Shown: positions 28,092-32,173 of the stretch, in pieces
How positions within the stretch are numbered: the stretch's first letter is position 1
Layout: every line of letters begins with the position of its first letter
IMG/VR virus record: IMGVR_UViG_2775506858_000003
Location: 64,001 to 96,173 of that record
Direction: 5' to 3' (one strand)
DNA: 32,173 bases
From: a virus
Lineage: Duplodnaviria; Heunggongvirae; Uroviricota; Caudoviricetes
Notes under the pieces: model-generated
What the model saw: only the letters and a program-made list of their open reading frames with translations
What the model was told of the DNA's origin: nothing
Database searches by the model: none
Position numbers and translations under genes: made by a program

Positions 28092-28987
28092 TTATCCAAC
28101 TTGAAAACGGTGAAACAATCGATGGTGCAATGATTCAGTCTGCCGTGCTTCGCAATTCATTGACCCCAATTCCTTTTACATTTGAAGCCACAATCCGCAT
28201 CGATGAAAATATAGCGGAATTTCTGCTCGAGGATAAGGAGATTAAGGTTGGCCGGAATTTAACACCGGTCAAAATTAAGCATGTAAAAGACGACATAAGC
28301 ACCGTATATCAAGGAAACTACGTTCAGGTTCGCAATATCATTGCATTGCACAGTGATACGTTTGCAATGAGCCATGTGGCTGAAAAAGGCATATTCTTGG
28401 AGCAAACCAATCTATCTACTGTATATCAGGCCTGTGGTGGCAAGAGTCAAATCAACAAAGACTTTGTGATTGATAAGTTTTACTGCTTCAAAGGTGAGTT
28501 TCCAAGTGTACAGATTCAGGAGATTTGCCAGGAGCACGGTGGTGTTGTTCGCTGGATGCCTGACACCAATGCGCTGGAATTCACCAGAATTTATGATTTG
28601 TTTAATCAAGAGCCAACAATGGGCTTGGGTGATTTGATTCTAGCTGATAACACCAAAAAAAGCGGCCTGTTAGAGCGCCATGAAGTGCCTTCGTATGTCA
28701 GCACGGCACCGGACGGCTCTTTCATCAAGGGCAATTTTGATAAAGCACGTAATGTGGTTTACAGGCCTGATAAGTCACAGGCCGAATTGAATTCAATGAC
28801 TGATGTTATTTTGAATGCAAAATCAATTCCAAGCCGGTATGCACCGGAAATTCACTCGGGTGCAATTATCCAATCCGGTGAAACCAAGTTTGTGATTATT
28901 ACAGCAGCACATGCTTTCAGACAGCCTAATGGCTCAGGCACCGGTGAAAACAGTTGTTCAGTATTTTGGTTGGGGGTAAAACAATAA
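28088..28987 (+). CDS. Baseplate hub protein (P1 gp6-like)
   Basis: ATGA overlap with the previous stop. GEFPSVQIQEICQEHGGVVRW. Precedes the spike gene. Confidence 0.6.
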   Translation: MIIQLENGETIDGAMIQSAVLRNSLTPIPFTFEATIRIDENIAEFLLEDKEIKVGRNLTPVKIKHVKDDISTVYQGNYVQVRNIIALHSDTFAMSHVAEKGIFLEQTNLSTVYQACGGKSQINKDFVIDKFYCFKGEFPSVQIQEICQEHGGVVRWMPDTNALEFTRIYDLFNQEPTMGLGDLILADNTKKSGLLERHEVPSYVSTAPDGSFIKGNFDKARNVVYRPDKSQAELNSMTDVILNAKSIPSRYAPEIHSGAIIQSGETKFVIITAAHAFRQPNGSGTGENSCSVFWLGVKQ

Positions 28988-29556
28988 TGGCCTATATTGC
29001 AGCGGTAGTTAAATCATATACGGCATCCAGCCATCGCGCACGTATCGAAATACCAGGCATGACAGATGGAGCTGACACATTGCCAGAAGCGGAAATCATG
29101 TATCCCGTTGGCCATTTGCACAGTGATACTGAAATTCTGATTCGTGTTGGTGACAAAGTTTACATCGATTGGTTAATTGACGGAGACAGCCGCACACCGG
29201 TGATTGTGGGCTACCGAAATCCAAAAACCGGCAATTTGGTGGATATTCGACGAATACGTCAAACCAATATCGAATTGATTGCTGATGCTCATATCCTCTT
29301 AAGAGCACCCAAAATCACGCTTGACCATGATGAAATGACTTCTACAGGTATCAATCAGATGCAAGCACAGACCAACCTCAATGGTGGTGCTTCAACAGAA
29401 TCCGGAGCTGCTCCTGAAGTGCGAGGCGGCCTAGATGTAAAACAAGGTGATTTGAATGTACCAGACGGCGACATGAGCAATAAAGGTGTCAATGTGGGCT
29501 CAACCCACTACCATAACGCTCAAGGTGCAACTGCGCCTACTTCAACGGCGAAGTAA
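28987..29556 (+). CDS. Baseplate spike protein (P1 gp5 / gpV-like)
   Basis: RARIEIPGM...LPEAE...GDKVYI...GDSRTPVIVGY OB-fold pattern and C-terminal STHYH. Confidence 0.75.
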   Translation: MAYIAAVVKSYTASSHRARIEIPGMTDGADTLPEAEIMYPVGHLHSDTEILIRVGDKVYIDWLIDGDSRTPVIVGYRNPKTGNLVDIRRIRQTNIELIADAHILLRAPKITLDHDEMTSTGINQMQAQTNLNGGASTESGAAPEVRGGLDVKQGDLNVPDGDMSNKGVNVGSTHYHNAQGATAPTSTAK

Positions 29557-29559
29557 CAA

Positions 29560-29629
29560 GGGAACACTGGAAAGACCATAGTCGTTCACTACCTACAATG
29601 AAATCCATGAATTTTATGTAGGTAGATTT
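29560..29629 (+). promoter_or_regulatory. Putative late promoter and leader, copy 4 (lysis operon)
   Basis: GGGAAC 29560-29565, 28 nt, TACAAT 29594-29599, 30 nt, ATG 29630. Inverted repeat CTACCTACA/TGTAGGTAG. Confidence 0.6.
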
Positions 29630-30394
29630 ATGACAACGATTGTTTTAACAGCCGAAGAATTGGCCAATGTCAAAAACGGAGATACTGACATTGCTTGGAT
29701 TCAAAAGTGGCTTAATATCCATGGCGCTTTGCCTGTTCTTAAAATAGATGGGGTGGGCGGTACGCTAACTCGAAATGCGTTCATCAACGTGTTTGTAAAT
29801 AAGAATGCCCGCGCAATCAGCTATGAAGAATTGAACACCATTGCGCGAGAGCTTGGTGATGCGAACACCTATCGTATTAAAGCTGTTTCAGTGGTTGAAA
29901 GTGGTCAATACGGTGGCTGGTTTGCATCAGGCTTGCCGGCAATATTGTATGAACGCCATAAATACTGGCAATTCGTCAAAAAAACGGCCAATAAGGTGAA
30001 GTCGTGGTTTTCAAATCCTGTTGCAGGGGATTACACGATGGACGCGAATCAAAACGGAATCAATGACAGTTGGGAAAAATTGTCTCTTGCTGTCTGCAAG
30101 GAGCCTTTGGCAGCACTGAAATCCGTATCAATCGGTAAATTTCAGGTTATGGGGATGTGGTACCAAGAGTGCGGGTATTCACACCCCATAGACATGCTGT
30201 GGGCAGCACGCAACTCCGAACTTGCACACTATCAAATGCTCCGTGATTACATTCTCAAAGTTGCCAATTTACAGGCCGCATTTTTGCAATTGAACAGCAA
30301 TCCTGAAAATTGTCGTGCATTCGCCAGAGGATACAACGGCACTGGATACGCGGTAAAAGGCTATCACATCAAATTGGCCAAGGAGCTGCGATGA
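29630..30394 (+). CDS. Endolysin: N-terminal PG-binding-like region plus N-acetylmuramidase (DUF3380-type)
   Basis: LKIDGVGG.LT, IKAVSVVESG, ILYERH, SIGKFQVMG, FARGYNG.GY. Confidence 0.85.
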   Translation: MTTIVLTAEELANVKNGDTDIAWIQKWLNIHGALPVLKIDGVGGTLTRNAFINVFVNKNARAISYEELNTIARELGDANTYRIKAVSVVESGQYGGWFASGLPAILYERHKYWQFVKKTANKVKSWFSNPVAGDYTMDANQNGINDSWEKLSLAVCKEPLAALKSVSIGKFQVMGMWYQECGYSHPIDMLWAARNSELAHYQMLRDYILKVANLQAAFLQLNSNPENCRAFARGYNGTGYAVKGYHIKLAKELR

Positions 30395-30792
30395 ATGAAA
30401 CCGCATTGTGGGGCTATTTGGCCGCATGGTTGGGCGCTGGTTTGGGGACATTGGCCGGTGCCTTGCCAGCAGAGTGTTTTATTGCTGGTTGCTTCCTTGG
30501 ATTTTGCCTGGTCGGCGTCCATGGTCGGGTCACACGCTGGAACAGCGTATCAACCATTGTTGTGACCGCCTCTATAGCCGGTAGCTTGCCACCGTTCTTT
30601 GGGATGGCCTTGGGTCTACCACGAGAAGCATATCTCTTTGTGGCCGTGTTTTCGGCGATTGCATGGCCGTTTATCTCGCTGCGTCTGAATGAATCATTCT
30701 TTGCCGCGCTCAATAAAATCATTATGGCACTGCCAGATATTGTTCCAGATGTGATTAAACGCATTTTGAGCAAGAAATTGGGAGGAGACTAA
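30391..30792 (+). CDS. Holin-like membrane protein
   Basis: ATGA overlap with the endolysin stop. 133 aa with 3-4 hydrophobic segments and a basic C-terminus. Confidence 0.6.
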   Translation: MNETALWGYLAAWLGAGLGTLAGALPAECFIAGCFLGFCLVGVHGRVTRWNSVSTIVVTASIAGSLPPFFGMALGLPREAYLFVAVFSAIAWPFISLRLNESFFAALNKIIMALPDIVPDVIKRILSKKLGGD

Positions 30793-30793
30793 A

Positions 30794-31108
30794 ATGCTCT
30801 ATTTAATCCAAATCATTTCGTTGGCTGTGATGTTTGTGTTTTCGTCTTGCGCAGTAGCCAAAGAACAGTTTTGTTTGAATTGTAAGCGAGATGTGGCTCA
30901 TTTGTTCTTTCATGCCACGTTCGGTACCTATGCTTTAGGTCGAGTTTATTGTATGTTGAAATATGACCCTCAAATCTATTTATGGTTGGTGATAGCAGAA
31001 GGGATTACCGCCATATTGATTTGCTTGCGATTCGCGTGTTTACGAACACAAATTAAACGAAGGTTAAAAGAACAGTGCCCAATCAAAAAGGCGGTTAAAA
31101 ATACTTAG
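30794..31108 (+). CDS. Small membrane protein of the lysis cassette
   Basis: GGAG RBS. 104 aa with hydrophobic segments and a basic tail. Confidence 0.55.
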   Translation: MLYLIQIISLAVMFVFSSCAVAKEQFCLNCKRDVAHLFFHATFGTYALGRVYCMLKYDPQIYLWLVIAEGITAILICLRFACLRTQIKRRLKEQCPIKKAVKNT

Positions 31109-31111
31109 CAG

Positions 31112-31135
31112 AAGAGTACCCACTTGGGTACTCTT
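31112..31135. repeat. Perfect 11-bp inverted repeat between the lysis cassette and the integrase
   Basis: AAGAGTACCCA-CT-TGGGTACTCTT. Confidence 0.85.
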
Positions 31136-31150
31136 GATAATCAATTTACT

Positions 31151-32173
31151 TTAGACTGAATTCGCATGCATCTTTTCCGCAAGCTCTGGAGCAGAAGGTG
31201 CATAATATGTATTCAAAAGCACGCGTAAATCTTTATGGCCAGATATTTTGGCTAACTCCATGGGCTCGTATAGCTTGCATAGTCTTGTAATAGCCTCCCG
31301 ACGGGTATCATGGAAGTGCAAATCCTCAATCATTGCCAATTTTTTTATTTTTCTAAATTGAGCATCCATTGAAGCTGCTGGTACTTGAAATGCCGTTAAG
31401 CCATTATGTGCACTCATTACCTGTTTTAAAATAATTTTTGCTTCAGGAGATAATGGTACATTTCTGGATTCTCCATTTTTGGTGGTTTCCAAATGCACAT
31501 AATTTTCATCTAGGAATACATTCTTTTTAAGTAATCCTGCAATTTCGCCTTGTCTCATTGCTGTTTCAATAGCAAAGCAAAAGGCGGCACCAACACGCTG
31601 AGTTTGTTTTAATGGCGCATTGTCTTTTGAATAGCCAGAGCACAAGCAAATTTTTTCAATTTCTTCTTCTGTAACGCGTCGGGTTCTGGGTTTTGATTTC
31701 TGTGGTTTTTTCATGCGTAACATATAATTCTCCGGTAAGAGTCTCCATTCTTTAACAGTCACTGTTAAAACATGGGAAATTGTTGACCATTCACGAATAA
31801 CTGCATCATTACTTACTTCGGTTAATCTTTTATCTACCCACTGTCGGAGTTGAATATCCGATAGTTCATTTAACAATACAGTTGCCAACGGGGTTTTAAG
31901 AATTCGTTTTAAACGTAATGTTTCGGACTTTTGCCCACCTTTTGTTGGTGTCACTTCATTTAGATAGCGTTCTATTACTTCTGAGAACGGTAACTTGGGC
32001 GTTAATCCTGCTCGCATGAGTTGCCAGTCAGTTTCTATTTTACTTGCCCATGCCTGGGCGTCGGCCTTTCTGTCAAAGGTCGATGCTTTATTTATTTCGG
32101 GTTTGCCATTTTGTGCTTTGTGTCGAACTTGAACCAGCCACTTACCGTTAGCTTTTTTTGTAAAAGTTGCCAT
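31151..32173 (-). CDS. int: Tyrosine recombinase / phage integrase
   Basis: N-terminal KWLVQVR arm-binding-like segment. ETAMRQGEI (R), TTKNGE (K), HFHDTRRE (HxxR), SGH and TYY (Y). Confidence 0.9.
   Translation of the reverse strand: MATFTKKANGKWLVQVRHKAQNGKPEINKASTFDRKADAQAWASKIETDWQLMRAGLTPKLPFSEVIERYLNEVTPTKGGQKSETLRLKRILKTPLATVLLNELSDIQLRQWVDKRLTEVSNDAVIREWSTISHVLTVTVKEWRLLPENYMLRMKKPQKSKPRTRRVTEEEIEKICLCSGYSKDNAPLKQTQRVGAAFCFAIETAMRQGEIAGLLKKNVFLDENYVHLETTKNGESRNVPLSPEAKIILKQVMSAHNGLTAFQVPAASMDAQFRKIKKLAMIEDLHFHDTRREAITRLCKLYEPMELAKISGHKDLRVLLNTYYAPSAPELAEKMHANSV

Larger units (their letters stand above)
1..32173. mobile_element. Segment of a P1-related myovirus-type prophage with an internal accessory/defence island
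   Basis: Co-oriented sheath, tube, baseplate, fibre, portal, protease, tape-measure, lysis genes plus an integrase. Several proteins carry motifs I recognise from P1 structural proteins. Element boundaries lie outside the window. Confidence 0.9.

Noticed and set aside
1142-30773. Many short ORFs antisense or frame-shifted within long genes (e.g. 1142-1501, 1708-2436, 13835-14179, 15335-15724, 16938-17240, 26698-27108, 30414-30773)
   Set aside because: They are shadows of well-supported genes, with no recognisable motifs.
31151-32173. Rci-like shufflon or fibre invertase
   Set aside because: No inverted repeat sites or alternative fibre C-termini are seen in the window.
1-32173. CRISPR array, tRNA/rRNA genes, IS elements, host assignment
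   Set aside because: No regularly spaced repeats, tRNA cloverleaf or transposase were seen, and no abundant uptake sequence to identify the host.

Overview
A 32 kb segment of a P1-related (Punavirus-like) contractile-tailed temperate phage, probably integrated. Family assignments come from motif recognition, not database searches. Positions 1-16133 are morphogenesis genes: sheath, gp21-, PmgG-, BplB- and Tub-like tail genes, baseplate, tail fibre and chaperone, portal, prohead protease, and a tape-measure protein carrying M15-peptidase-like and lytic-transglycosylase domains. An ~11 kb AT-rich accessory block (16159-27113) interrupts the structural genes. It holds a candidate periplasmic hydrolase inhibitor, a KilA-N gene behind two tandem C4-like antisense RNA units, a SMODS nucleotidyltransferase + SLATT pair bracketed by ~0.49 kb direct repeats, a disrupted AntA/B antirepressor, an ABC-type ATPase + uncharacterised partner, a lipoprotein and an IetAS pair. 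Positions 27315-32173 hold tail terminator, hub and spike genes, a lysis cassette and a tyrosine integrase. Four structural/lysis operons share a promoter-like architecture, GGGAAC-N27/28-xAxAAT-hairpin-ATG. The strongest novel candidates are the swappable tape-measure hydrolase with a linked inhibitor-like gene, the tandem C4-like RNAs, the repeat-bracketed defence cassette and the ATPase + unknown pair.
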